Positions 8,195 through 16,074 of a DNA stretch of 19,079 bases are shown here, piece after piece (the first letter of the stretch is position 1; each line of letters opens with the position of its first letter). The notes beneath the pieces were generated by a model. It saw nothing but the letters and a program-made list of their open reading frames with translations. It ran no database searches and was not told where the DNA came from. Made by a program: the position numbers and the translations under genes. The stretch is from Nannocystales bacterium (GTDB lineage Bacteria; Myxococcota_A; Polyangia; Nannocystales; Nannocystaceae): positions 1-19,079 of the forward strand of contig JBOEGF010000066.1 of NCBI GenBank assembly GCA_050633305.1, in the 5' to 3' direction.

Positions 8195-8413
8195 ATGGCG
8201 ATCTGCGGACGATGCAACGGCTCAGGTTCGGTGAGGTGTGGAAATTGCGGAGGCCGCGGGCAGTGCCGGTGTTCCAACTGCGGGGGCACCGGCGTTGCAG
8301 GCGGGGCACGTTGCGGCACGTGCTACGGCAACGGTTCAACCCGTTGTGGTAGCTGCAGCGGCGACGGAAATACCCAGTGTCCCGGGTGCTATGGGTCAGG
8401 CGTGGTCCGGTAG
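8195..8413 (+). CDS. Small Cys/Gly-rich protein made of six CxxCxGxG (DnaJ-type zinc finger) repeats
   Basis: CGRCNGSG, CGNCGGRG, CSNCGGTG, CGTCYGNG, CGSCSGDG and CPGCYGSG in 72 aa from ATG 8195. Confidence 0.75.
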   Translation: MAICGRCNGSGSVRCGNCGGRGQCRCSNCGGTGVAGGARCGTCYGNGSTRCGSCSGDGNTQCPGCYGSGVVR

Positions 8414-8659
8414 TAGATTCTGAGAGCGGAGGAGTCGCAGCTCCGGGCAGAGAACGGCGATCATGGCCGAGATGCGGGCCTGATCGGCCCGCAGCCCGAG
8501 GGCTGAGCCTCTAGCCCGGCCATCGAACGCCCTCGGGGTCTCAACGACGGTCAGGCGCGGTTGACCCCCAGAGCCCCATAGGCAGAGGTGCATCGAAGCT
8601 TGCTTCGGTGGCGCCGCCGCGCTACGATCCGCCCTGCCTTGGATAGACATCCTGTCCTC

Positions 8660-8687
8660 ATTGGACATAAGATCGATTATCGGCCTT
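8660..8687 (-). other. dif-like XerC/XerD recombination site 1
   Basis: Minus strand reads AAGGCCGATAA-TCGATC-TTATGTCCAAT (11-6-11). The D arm matches the E. coli dif D arm TTATGTTAAAT at 9/11. Confidence 0.8.
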
Positions 8688-8692
8688 TTTGC

Positions 8693-10134
8693 TGTAGGCG
8701 CAAAATGGAAATGTCGGGTTCGCGCAAAGTAGAGATGTCGGGTTGCTGGGCGGCTATGCCGCAGCCCGATGCCTCGCGCAACACTGACGATGAGCCATAC
8801 GGAGCTGGAGCGGCTGGAGGTGATCCAGCGGGTGCGAGAACGGCGGCTGACGCAGGAAGAAGCCGCGAGGATGTTGGGTTTGGGCGTGCGGCAGGTGCAG
8901 AGGCTGTGCGCGGCATACCGGGATCGAGGCGCGGCTGGGCTGGTCTCAGGCAAGCGTGGTCGGCAAAGCAACCGCCGCCTGCCTGATGAGCGTCGTCGTC
9001 GCGCCATGGAGTTGGTGCGCGCACGGTACGCAGACTTCGGGCCGACGTTCGCGGCCGAAAAACTGGCGGAGCTTCACGAGCTGACGGTGTCGCGCGAGAC
9101 GCTGCGCAAGTGGATGGTCGAGGCCGGAGTCTGGGTCCCACGAAAGCTGCGACGGCGTGTGCAGCAGCCTCGGCGTCGACGTCCATGCCGCGGTGAACTT
9201 GTCCAGATCGACGGCTCAGATCACGCGTGGTTCGAGGAGCGCGGCCCAAGGTGCACCCTGCTCGTCTTCATCGATGACGCGACGAGCGAGCTGATGGAAC
9301 TGCGGTTCGCGGAGTCGGAGTCGACGTTCTCGTACTTCGAGGCCCTACGGGCGTACCTCGAGCGCCATGGCAAGCCGGTGGCGCTGTACTCGGACAAGGC
9401 GTCGGTGTTCCGCCCTACGGGTCGGGAAGCGAAAGGCGTGTCGCAGTTCGGGCGGGCTCTGGCGGAGCTGAACATCGACATCCTGTGCGCGAACACCCCG
9501 GCCGCAAAGGGGCGCGTCGAACGTTCGAATCTGACGCTCCAAGACCGGCTGGCAAAGGAAATACGGCTGCGCGGGATTTCGACCCTGGAGGACGGAAATG
9601 CGTACCTCGAGGAGTACAGGAGGGCCCACAACACGAAGTTCGCTGTTGCCCCAGCTTCCGAGCACGATGCGCATCGCCCCCTGCTCGACCACGACGAGCT
9701 CGACAAGGTGTTCACGTGGCAGGAGGAGCGGACACTCTCGAAGAACCTGACGCTGCACTACCGCAAGAAGATGCTGATGGTGACGCCCTCGCCCGAGACG
9801 ACGGGGCTGGCTCGATGTCGGGTGCGGATCTACGAGTGGGACGACGGCCACCTCGAGGTCGTCTGCGACGGCCGCGCCCTTCCCTTCACTCTCTTCGACA
9901 AGAACCCATACGTCGACCAGGGCGAGGTCGTCGAGAACAAGCGACTGGGGGCGGCCATGAAGTGGGTCGAGGGACGCCAAGAGAAGCGGGACGAGGCCAG
10001 GCTGAAGAACAAGAAGGTGTCGCTCAGAGAAAAGAAATGGATTCGCCAAAAGTCGCCTGCTCAGACCCGGATTCGACCATGAACACGACATCTGTACTTT
10101 GCAGACAGGCCGACATCTCTACTTTGCGTTGACA
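8693..10134 (+). mobile_element. Complete IS1202-family (ISNCY) insertion sequence, 1442 bp
   Basis: TGT...ACA ends. IRL is tgtaggcgcaaaatggaaatgtc and IRR (reverse complement) is tgtcaacgcaaagtagagatgtc. Each end has two GCAAA(A/G)T..A.ATGTC subterminal repeats. 5-bp target duplication TTTGC at 8688-8692 and 10135-10139. Confidence 0.92.
8769..10082 (+). CDS. IS1202/ISNCY-family DDE transposase (start may be ATG 8790)
   Basis: N-terminal HTH (LTQEEAARMLGLGVRQVQRL) and YADFGPT motif. DDE core GELVQIDGS..W, IDDATS, LYSDK, AKGRVER. Confidence 0.93.
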   Translation: MPRATLTMSHTELERLEVIQRVRERRLTQEEAARMLGLGVRQVQRLCAAYRDRGAAGLVSGKRGRQSNRRLPDERRRRAMELVRARYADFGPTFAAEKLAELHELTVSRETLRKWMVEAGVWVPRKLRRRVQQPRRRRPCRGELVQIDGSDHAWFEERGPRCTLLVFIDDATSELMELRFAESESTFSYFEALRAYLERHGKPVALYSDKASVFRPTGREAKGVSQFGRALAELNIDILCANTPAAKGRVERSNLTLQDRLAKEIRLRGISTLEDGNAYLEEYRRAHNTKFAVAPASEHDAHRPLLDHDELDKVFTWQEERTLSKNLTLHYRKKMLMVTPSPETTGLARCRVRIYEWDDGHLEVVCDGRALPFTLFDKNPYVDQGEVVENKRLGAAMKWVEGRQEKRDEARLKNKKVSLREKKWIRQKSPAQTRIRP

Positions 10135-10242
10135 TTTGCCACGGGTGGGTAGGGGGCCTCGGGGCGGAAGATAGGCCCGAAAACGGCGGTTCCGGAACGA
10201 CGGGTGTTCAGGCGTGCGGCGAGTGTTATCGTCCCGGCGCCT

Positions 10243-11259
10243 GTGACGAAGACCCCGCACGATGCGCTCTTCAAGAGCGTGTTCCAGCAGCCCGAGAACG
10301 CCGCCGCTGAGCTGCAGCACGTGCTCTCAGCCGAGCACGTCTCCGCGATCGACTGGTCGACGCTGAAGCTTGAGCCCGGGAGCTACGTCGACGAGAAGCT
10401 GGCGGACCAGCACAGCGACCTGCTGTTCTCGGCGAACGCGCGAGCCTCCGGCGAACGTGTGCTCGTGTATTTGTTGTTCGAGCACCAGTCGACGCCCGAG
10501 CAAAGGATGGCGCTGCGACTGCTGAGCTACATGGTGAGCATCTGGGAGCGGTTCTCCGGCGAGAACAAGGCGTCGCCGCTGCCGTTGATCGTTCCGGCGG
10601 TGTTGGCCCAGGTTCCTGGAGGCTGGTCAGCGCCGACGCGGTTCTCGGGGTTGTTTTCGCCGAGCCTCGGCGAGCTGGCGGACGCCGTACTGCCCGACTT
10701 CGCGTACGCCGTCGACGACCTCCATCGGACGGACGACGCGGAGCTGCGCCGCCGTGAGGTCGCCCAGCAGGCTCGTCTCGCGCTGTGGTTGATGCGGGAT
10801 GCGAGGGATGGCGCCCTGCTCCTTCGGCGGCTCGTGGACTGGCTGGGCGAGCTCGAGGAGCTGGCCCAGACACCGGGCGGTGAGCGCGCTTTGGCCCCTC
10901 TGCTCTCCTACGTCGTCCGCGTATCGTCCGACCTGCAGCTGGAGGAGTTTCGTGCCATCCTCAAGGGGCGAGCACCCGCCGCGGAGTCCATCACGATGAC
11001 CATCGCAGAACAGCTTCTTGCCGAAGGTAAAGCCCAGGGCGTGGCCCAGGGCGTGGCCCAGGGCGTGGCCCAGGGACAGCTCCAAGGGGAGCTGCGTCGA
11101 GCGGCCGCGTCGGTGTTGACCGTTCTCGACGCGCGGGGTCTGGTCGTGGCGCCGGATGTTCGGCGACGGGTCGAAGAGTGCAGCGAGCTCGAGGTTCTGC
11201 AGGACTGGCTTGTGCGGGCGGCGACGGTTGCGGCGGTGGACGAAGTCTTCGAGGGCTGA
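10243..11259 (+). CDS. Rpn/YhgA-like recombination-promoting nuclease (Transposase_31, PD-(D/E)XK)
   Basis: From GTG 10243: PHDALFK, IDWSTLKLEPGSYVD, SDLLFS, VYLLFEHQS, MALRLLSY, MTIAEQL, then an (xxxG)n repeat and a helical C-terminal domain. Confidence 0.92.
   Translation: MTKTPHDALFKSVFQQPENAAAELQHVLSAEHVSAIDWSTLKLEPGSYVDEKLADQHSDLLFSANARASGERVLVYLLFEHQSTPEQRMALRLLSYMVSIWERFSGENKASPLPLIVPAVLAQVPGGWSAPTRFSGLFSPSLGELADAVLPDFAYAVDDLHRTDDAELRRREVAQQARLALWLMRDARDGALLLRRLVDWLGELEELAQTPGGERALAPLLSYVVRVSSDLQLEEFRAILKGRAPAAESITMTIAEQLLAEGKAQGVAQGVAQGVAQGQLQGELRRAAASVLTVLDARGLVVAPDVRRRVEECSELEVLQDWLVRAATVAAVDEVFEG
10996..11259 (+). CDS. Putative in-frame internal small Rpn (Rpn-S antitoxin-like), 87 aa
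   Basis: ATG of MTIAEQL at 10996 with GGAG 9 nt upstream (10983-10986). This is the position where enterobacterial Rpn genes initiate their small isoform. Confidence 0.55.
   Translation: MTIAEQLLAEGKAQGVAQGVAQGVAQGQLQGELRRAAASVLTVLDARGLVVAPDVRRRVEECSELEVLQDWLVRAATVAAVDEVFEG
11032..11075 (+). repeat. 12-bp tandem repeat (gcccagggcgtg x3.7) encoding AQGV repeats in Rpn
   Basis: Directly visible perfect tandem copies. Confidence 0.9.
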
Positions 11260-11304
11260 GCCCTCCCCTGCCCCCGTATCTGTCTTCATTGGGCACGTGT
11301 CCTT

Positions 11305-11332
11305 TATGGACACAATCATTACTATCGGAATT
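11305..11332 (-). other. dif-like XerC/XerD recombination site 2
   Basis: Minus strand reads AATTCCGATAG-TAATGA-TTGTGTCCATA. Each arm is 8/11 identical to site 1, in the same orientation, and is also followed by TTTGC and an IS end. Confidence 0.7.
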
Positions 11333-11337
11333 TTTGC

Positions 11338-11903
11338 TGTAGGCGCAAAATGGAAATGTCGGGTTCGCGCAAAGTAGAGATGTCGGGTTGCTGGGCGGCT
11401 ATGCCGCAGCCCGATGTCTCGCGCAACACTGACGATGAGCCATACGGAGTTGGAGCGGCTGGAGGTGATCCAGCGGGTGCGAGAACGGCAGCTGACGCAG
11501 GAAGAAGCCGCGAGGATGCTGGGATTGGGCGTGCGGCAGGTGCAGAGGCTGTGCGCGGCATACCGGGACCAAGGCGCGGCAGGGCTGGTCTCAGGCAAAC
11601 GTGGCCGGCAAAGCAACCGCCGCCTGCCTGATGAGCGTCGTCGTCGTGCCATGGAGCTGGTGCGCGCACGGTACGCAGACTTCGGGCCGACGTTCGCGGC
11701 CGAAAAACTGGCTGAGCTTCACGAGCTGACGGTCTCGCGCGAGACGCTGCGCAAGTGGATGGTCGAGGCCGGAGTTTGGGTCCCACGAAAGCTGCGGCGT
11801 CGTGTGCAGCAGCCTCGGCGTCGACGTCCATGCCGCGGTGAACTTGTCCAGATCGACGGCTCGGACCACGCGTGGTTCGAGGAGCGCGGCCCAAGGTGCA
11901 CCC
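11338..11903 (+). mobile_element. Truncated second copy (left 566 bp) of the IS1202-family element
   Basis: Collinear with 8693-9258, with about 19 substitutions by manual count. Similarity stops after ...ccaaggtgcaccc. No right end. Confidence 0.92.
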
Positions 11904-11929
11904 CACCGAATGCCTCCTCGAGTGTCTGA
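11414..11929 (+). pseudogene. Truncated IS1202-family transposase
   Basis: Nearly identical to the N-terminal ~163 aa of the full copy, then runs into unrelated sequence. Most of the DDE domain is missing. Confidence 0.9.
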
Positions 11930-12154
11930 TGTACGGGGTGGCCATCCCGCGCGGCGCGCGTCGACGAGCTGTTCGGGCCATACGGCGACGCTACCCATAC
12001 TGTCGATCCACGCGGCGGCCTCGGGTGTCCCGATTTTCGGGCCAGTGATCCCCGAAGTTCACTCATTATCGGACCGATCCGAAGCAGTCATGGTGTCGAC
12101 ATGAACCGCTTCGAGCAACGAACCCAAAGGAGCGAGTTCGGGAACGAGACGACA

Positions 12155-13417
12155 ATGAACAAGCGCAGAGCAATCACGGGGCTGTACGCCCTCGGGCTGA
12201 GCACGACGCTCCTTGCATGTGACGTCGACGCGAGCGACGAACCGACAGGCGGCCCCGAAGACACGGTCTTGCAGTCCGCCGGGGCCCTCGAGTTTGGAGA
12301 CAACGACGTCCTGTTCGTCGGAGACCGCGAGGCGGGCCTGGTGCACGCCTTCGACTTCGACGACGGGACCTTCGACGACCAGTCGGACTTCGTCCTGGGG
12401 CGAGCCGTCACGTTCGAAGGACGGAACATCGTCAAGGACATCGACGCGAAGCTGGGCTCGCTTCTGGGCATCGACCCCTCCGAGGTCATGATCAATGACC
12501 TCGTGGTGCACCAACCGACCAAGCAGCTGGTTCTATCGGTCCATCGCGGGACCGGCCCCGACGCGGAGCCGCTGCTCTTCAAGGTGGACCAAGGGGAGCT
12601 CGAACAGCTCGACCTGGGCGCCGCCGAGCACACCTCGATCGACGTGGGAACGGTGGACCCCGACGCCAGCCTGGAGTTCGGCCTGGCGATTCAGAACTAC
12701 GCCATCACCGACATCGAGTACTACGACGGCGAGATTTTCGTGGCGGGCATATCGGGGGACGACTTCTCGTCCACGATTCGGCGCGCCGGCTACCCGTTCG
12801 ATGGCGAAGCCTCGCTGACCTATACCGAGATCTGGCACGCCGTCCACGCCCAGTTCGAGACCCGGGCCCCGGTCCTCGCGCAGGATATCCAGGTCATCGA
12901 TGGTGAGCCGTTCTTGGTCGCGGTGTACGCCTGTACCCCGCTGGTGCGATTCGCCCTCGACGACCTGGTTGATGGCGCTCAGGTGCGCGGAGATATGATC
13001 GGAGAGCTCGGGTTCGGCAACACGCCGGTCGACATCATCACCTACACGGACCCGTTCCTGCAGGCGCCGGTCTTCTTGGTCACCAACACCCACCGCTCCG
13101 CCACCCGCTTCACACACAGTGACGTTGCGGCCGCGGCCCCCCTGGCCTACGAGCCGCCCAACGTGTTCGACCAGGCCGGAGTGCCGATCTTCGACATCCC
13201 GCTGGTCGGCCCGCAGCAGCTGGTGACGCTCGATGAGACGTGGGCGGCCGTCATCGAAGAAGACCCGCTCGATCCGGGTACGCTGCAGCTGCGGACGCTC
13301 GCCGCACCGTTCTTCTTCGATCGCTCGGACCACCTGGTGGAAATGAACTTCCCCGGAGCGCCCGACCCGTTCGGCTACGCTGATGCACCGCCCAAGGGAT
13401 GGGAAGAGGAGGAATGA
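12155..13417 (+). CDS. Acidic secreted lipoprotein of unknown function (beta-rich, possibly a propeller)
   Basis: MNKRRAITGLYALGLSTTLLAC lipobox. Motifs SAGALEFG..VLFVGD, WHAVHAQFETRAP, YACTPLV, ELGFGNTPVD. Strong GC3 bias. Confidence 0.8.
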   Translation: MNKRRAITGLYALGLSTTLLACDVDASDEPTGGPEDTVLQSAGALEFGDNDVLFVGDREAGLVHAFDFDDGTFDDQSDFVLGRAVTFEGRNIVKDIDAKLGSLLGIDPSEVMINDLVVHQPTKQLVLSVHRGTGPDAEPLLFKVDQGELEQLDLGAAEHTSIDVGTVDPDASLEFGLAIQNYAITDIEYYDGEIFVAGISGDDFSSTIRRAGYPFDGEASLTYTEIWHAVHAQFETRAPVLAQDIQVIDGEPFLVAVYACTPLVRFALDDLVDGAQVRGDMIGELGFGNTPVDIITYTDPFLQAPVFLVTNTHRSATRFTHSDVAAAAPLAYEPPNVFDQAGVPIFDIPLVGPQQLVTLDETWAAVIEEDPLDPGTLQLRTLAAPFFFDRSDHLVEMNFPGAPDPFGYADAPPKGWEEEE

Positions 13418-14520
13418 GCGTCCGTCGATTGCGTCGGATGACGGCTGCCGTGGCGATGTTCGTCGCCACGGCTTTGCCGGCCTTGGCCTGCAGCTTCGAT
13501 AGCACCCCCGCTGCGCAGCACGCCGAGGACCCCTCCACCGTCGTACTGTCCAACCTGAGCTCCGCCCAACGCGGCTCGCTGATCTCAGAGCCTGCCAAGG
13601 CGCGCCTCTTCCTCGAGGGGCGAGACGTCGGACCCGGCATGCAAGCGGTGAGCGCATCGCTGCACGACGCTGCGGTGGTGCTGAACTTCAGGTACCCGCT
13701 GGATCCCCACGCTAGCTACGAGCTTCACCACCCAGCGCTCGAGGGGCTGCTCGACATCGACGGTGCGCCCCGCGTGGCCACACCACCCACGGTCGAAGGG
13801 GTGGTGCCCGATGCTGACGTCCTCCCCTCCAATGTCCTGCGCCTGTACATCGAGTTCAACGAACCGATGTCATCGAAGTTTCGGATGTCCGAAGCGGTGG
13901 AGCTCGTCGACGTGGAGACCGGGCTGTCCGTCGACGCGTCGCTCCTCGACATCGAGCGCCCGCTCTTCGATCGCACGAACACGCGGCTGACCGTGATCTT
14001 CAACCCTGGGCGGACGAAGCGGGGCGTTGGCAGCAACCTCGACGGCGGTGCTCCTCTGCAGCCCAACCGACGCTATGCGCTTCGGATCAAGGCCGGCCTG
14101 CTCGACGAAGAGGGCGACACTTTGCGCGAGGACTTCGAACACGTCTTCCGCACCGTGGAGCCCAATCGCAGCGCCCTCGACACGGCGGGCTGGAACGTCC
14201 GAGCACCCGGGGTGGGAACGCGGGACCCGTTGGTGGTCGAGTTCGACCGATGGCTCGACCCCTACCAGGCCGAGAACCGGATCGTCCTGGCCAATCCCCA
14301 CGGACGACGCTTTCCCATCCACGCCGAGAGCTCGGGCAAGGAGCTCCGGCTGCAACCAACCGAAGCGTGGCAGCCGGGTTGCTACACGATGGCGGTCTCG
14401 GCCGAGCTGGAGGACGTGGCGGGCAATCGCACGATTCGGGCCTTCGACGACCAACACATGGGCACCCGGACGGCGACGCGCATTCGGACCCCGCTGGGGG
14501 ATGCGACCGCATGCGACTAG
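13414..14520 (+). CDS. Lipoprotein with probable Ig-like (Big_5-type) domains
   Basis: ATGA overlap with the upstream stop. Lipobox ALAC. PTVEGVVP...LYIEFNEPM, PLQPNRRYALRI...G..L and LEDVAGN are Ig-like strand patterns. Confidence 0.75.
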   Translation: MSVRRLRRMTAAVAMFVATALPALACSFDSTPAAQHAEDPSTVVLSNLSSAQRGSLISEPAKARLFLEGRDVGPGMQAVSASLHDAAVVLNFRYPLDPHASYELHHPALEGLLDIDGAPRVATPPTVEGVVPDADVLPSNVLRLYIEFNEPMSSKFRMSEAVELVDVETGLSVDASLLDIERPLFDRTNTRLTVIFNPGRTKRGVGSNLDGGAPLQPNRRYALRIKAGLLDEEGDTLREDFEHVFRTVEPNRSALDTAGWNVRAPGVGTRDPLVVEFDRWLDPYQAENRIVLANPHGRRFPIHAESSGKELRLQPTEAWQPGCYTMAVSAELEDVAGNRTIRAFDDQHMGTRTATRIRTPLGDATACD

Positions 14521-14699
14521 CTCGGTCCGAACGCAAGCTCGGCCGCGACCCGGAGGTGGTCGGAGAGGTCCGTGCCATCCTCGGCTTCGACGAACTCCGG
14601 CGGCACGCGCCAGCCTCGAACCTCGAGGGCGACCCGGTTGCCGTCGCGGGCCAGCACGTTGTCGATGCGCTCGTCGCCGCAGTCGACCACGAGGCAGGC
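14517..14699 (-). pseudogene. C-terminal remnant of an endonuclease/exonuclease/phosphatase (EEP) family gene
   Basis: Manual translation ACLVVDCGDERIDNVLARDG...GTDLSDHLRVAAELAFGPS* has the RID and SDH motifs. An in-frame stop lies ~23 codons further upstream. Confidence 0.6.
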
Positions 14700-15301
14700 C
14701 CAGCTTTTCCCAGCCGCTCGGCCGCCACCGCGACCCTCACCTGAGTTCTTGAACTCTGGCCCCGATCACACCCTCGCTCACCGCGAGCGCGTCGGCATCC
14801 GTACGCGCATTGGCACACCACGGAACTCCTCTAGCGTCCCTCAGACGCCCGTCCGGCCCTCGGCGCGCCGGGTTCTGTCCTCATCCGCCCCACCCCTGGC
14901 TCCGCTGGGCACCGCCCGCGTTGCCCCTCACTCGTCTCCGGCCATCTGCGCCGATGCCGGCTCTTCCCAGCTAGTTTCACTTAATTAGTTCGGCGCTAGC
15001 GTTTCTATGCCGGTGTGCCCGCGACGCGGGCGACCAACAGTGCGTGGGCCGCAAGGTCGGCCGGCGCTCGCCGATGAGCACCTCGTGCACACGCTGCGGC
15101 GCGTGCACGCCGACATCGCTGCGCTTGAGCCCGCCGATCATGACGACGGTGACCACGAGATCGATGTAGCGATGGACTCGCCCTGTTCATCGCGCACGGG
15201 CCCCTCGGGGGTCGACAGCTGTGGCATCGCGGAACTCTGCTTCGACCGTCCGGATCCCGGTGACGACCCGGGCTGAGGCAGCGAGGTTTGTGGCGCCAGC
15301 C

Positions 15302-15661
15302 TCACTCCCGGCGCTGGACGGCACTCGATGCGCGGAGGAGGCGAGCGCGGTCAAGCTCAAGCCGCTGACCGAGCCACATGGCGTCGTCGGTGTGTTCCAC
15401 CCAAGGGTCTCCATGGAGGGGGTGAACGAGGACCGACAGCGAGCCGCGCTCGGCACAGATTTCCGCCAGCAGCTGGCCGAGATCGGAGGCCGCTACCGTG
15501 ACCTGATACATCGGCAGTGGGTGGAAGGCCACGGGTGACTCATGCACGCGACCGAGGACAACGTCCGGATAGGTCTGGCCGATGTGAGACCTCAGCCGCA
15601 GAGCGTGCTCGCGGGATGTCGCGTCGAAGTAGATGTGAAGATGATACGCCGGGGTCCGCAT
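15302..15661 (-). CDS. DOPA 4,5-dioxygenase family protein
   Basis: YHLHIYFD, HP.PMYQV, LSVLVHP and H...AMWLG..L.L motifs. GGAGG RBS before ATG 15661. Confidence 0.9.
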   Translation of the reverse strand: MRTPAYHLHIYFDATSREHALRLRSHIGQTYPDVVLGRVHESPVAFHPLPMYQVTVAASDLGQLLAEICAERGSLSVLVHPLHGDPWVEHTDDAMWLGQRLELDRARLLRASSAVQRRE

Positions 15662-15674
15662 GACTAGCCTCCAG

Positions 15675-16064
15675 TCACACTGCAACCGATGACCCCGCGA
15701 CCAACCGAGCCACGTCCTCACAGATCTGCGCTTCAGAGCGACCTGAGCCGCACGCGTTCAGGATCCGCAGGTCGTGAAGGTCGAGAAATCCCAGGACGTG
15801 CCGAAGGTAGGGGGTCGCGGAATCGACTTCGGAATCCATCAACCGCTCCGAGAGCTCGGAGGCAGCGGTCTCTTCCGCGGTTCCGGAGACGTAGCCGAAG
15901 CGGCGTAGGGTGGCCTCGTCGAGCTGCGGAATGGAGTCGCTGAGGTCGCGCCGAGTCAGTTGGACCTCATGCGTCCGCCCGAGGGTCTCAACGATCGCGT
16001 CCGCCCAAGCCCGACTGTTCGAGCCCCGGTGGCGGGCGCTCGCGTCAGTACGCAAGACCTTCAT
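15675..16064 (-). pseudogene. azoR: FMN-dependent NADH-azoreductase-like gene with an in-frame internal deletion
   Basis: N-terminal MKVLRTDASAR..GSNSR...RRDL and C-terminal D.ATPYLRHVLGFL are AzoR-like. The central PMYNF/LKAWID/SGG block is absent and the protein is only 129 aa. Confidence 0.75.
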
Positions 16065-16074
16065 CGCCGGCCCT

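Noticed and set aside
11032..11075. CRISPR-like repeat array
   Set aside because: The 12-bp units are contiguous with no spacers and lie in frame within Rpn. No CRISPR array was seen anywhere in the window.
8693..11903. Composite transposon of two IS copies carrying Rpn
   Set aside because: The first IS has its own target duplication, the second lacks a right end and is ~3% diverged, and each sits at its own dif-like target.
12049..12076. Third dif-like site (TTATCGGACCG arm)
   Set aside because: Only a C-like half is present. The partner arm at 6-bp spacing (tccccgaagtt) does not resemble the D arm.
15007..15276. 89-aa ORF after an AT-rich patch (14970-15006)
   Set aside because: No recognisable motif or RBS. 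It may be a gene remnant but cannot be supported.
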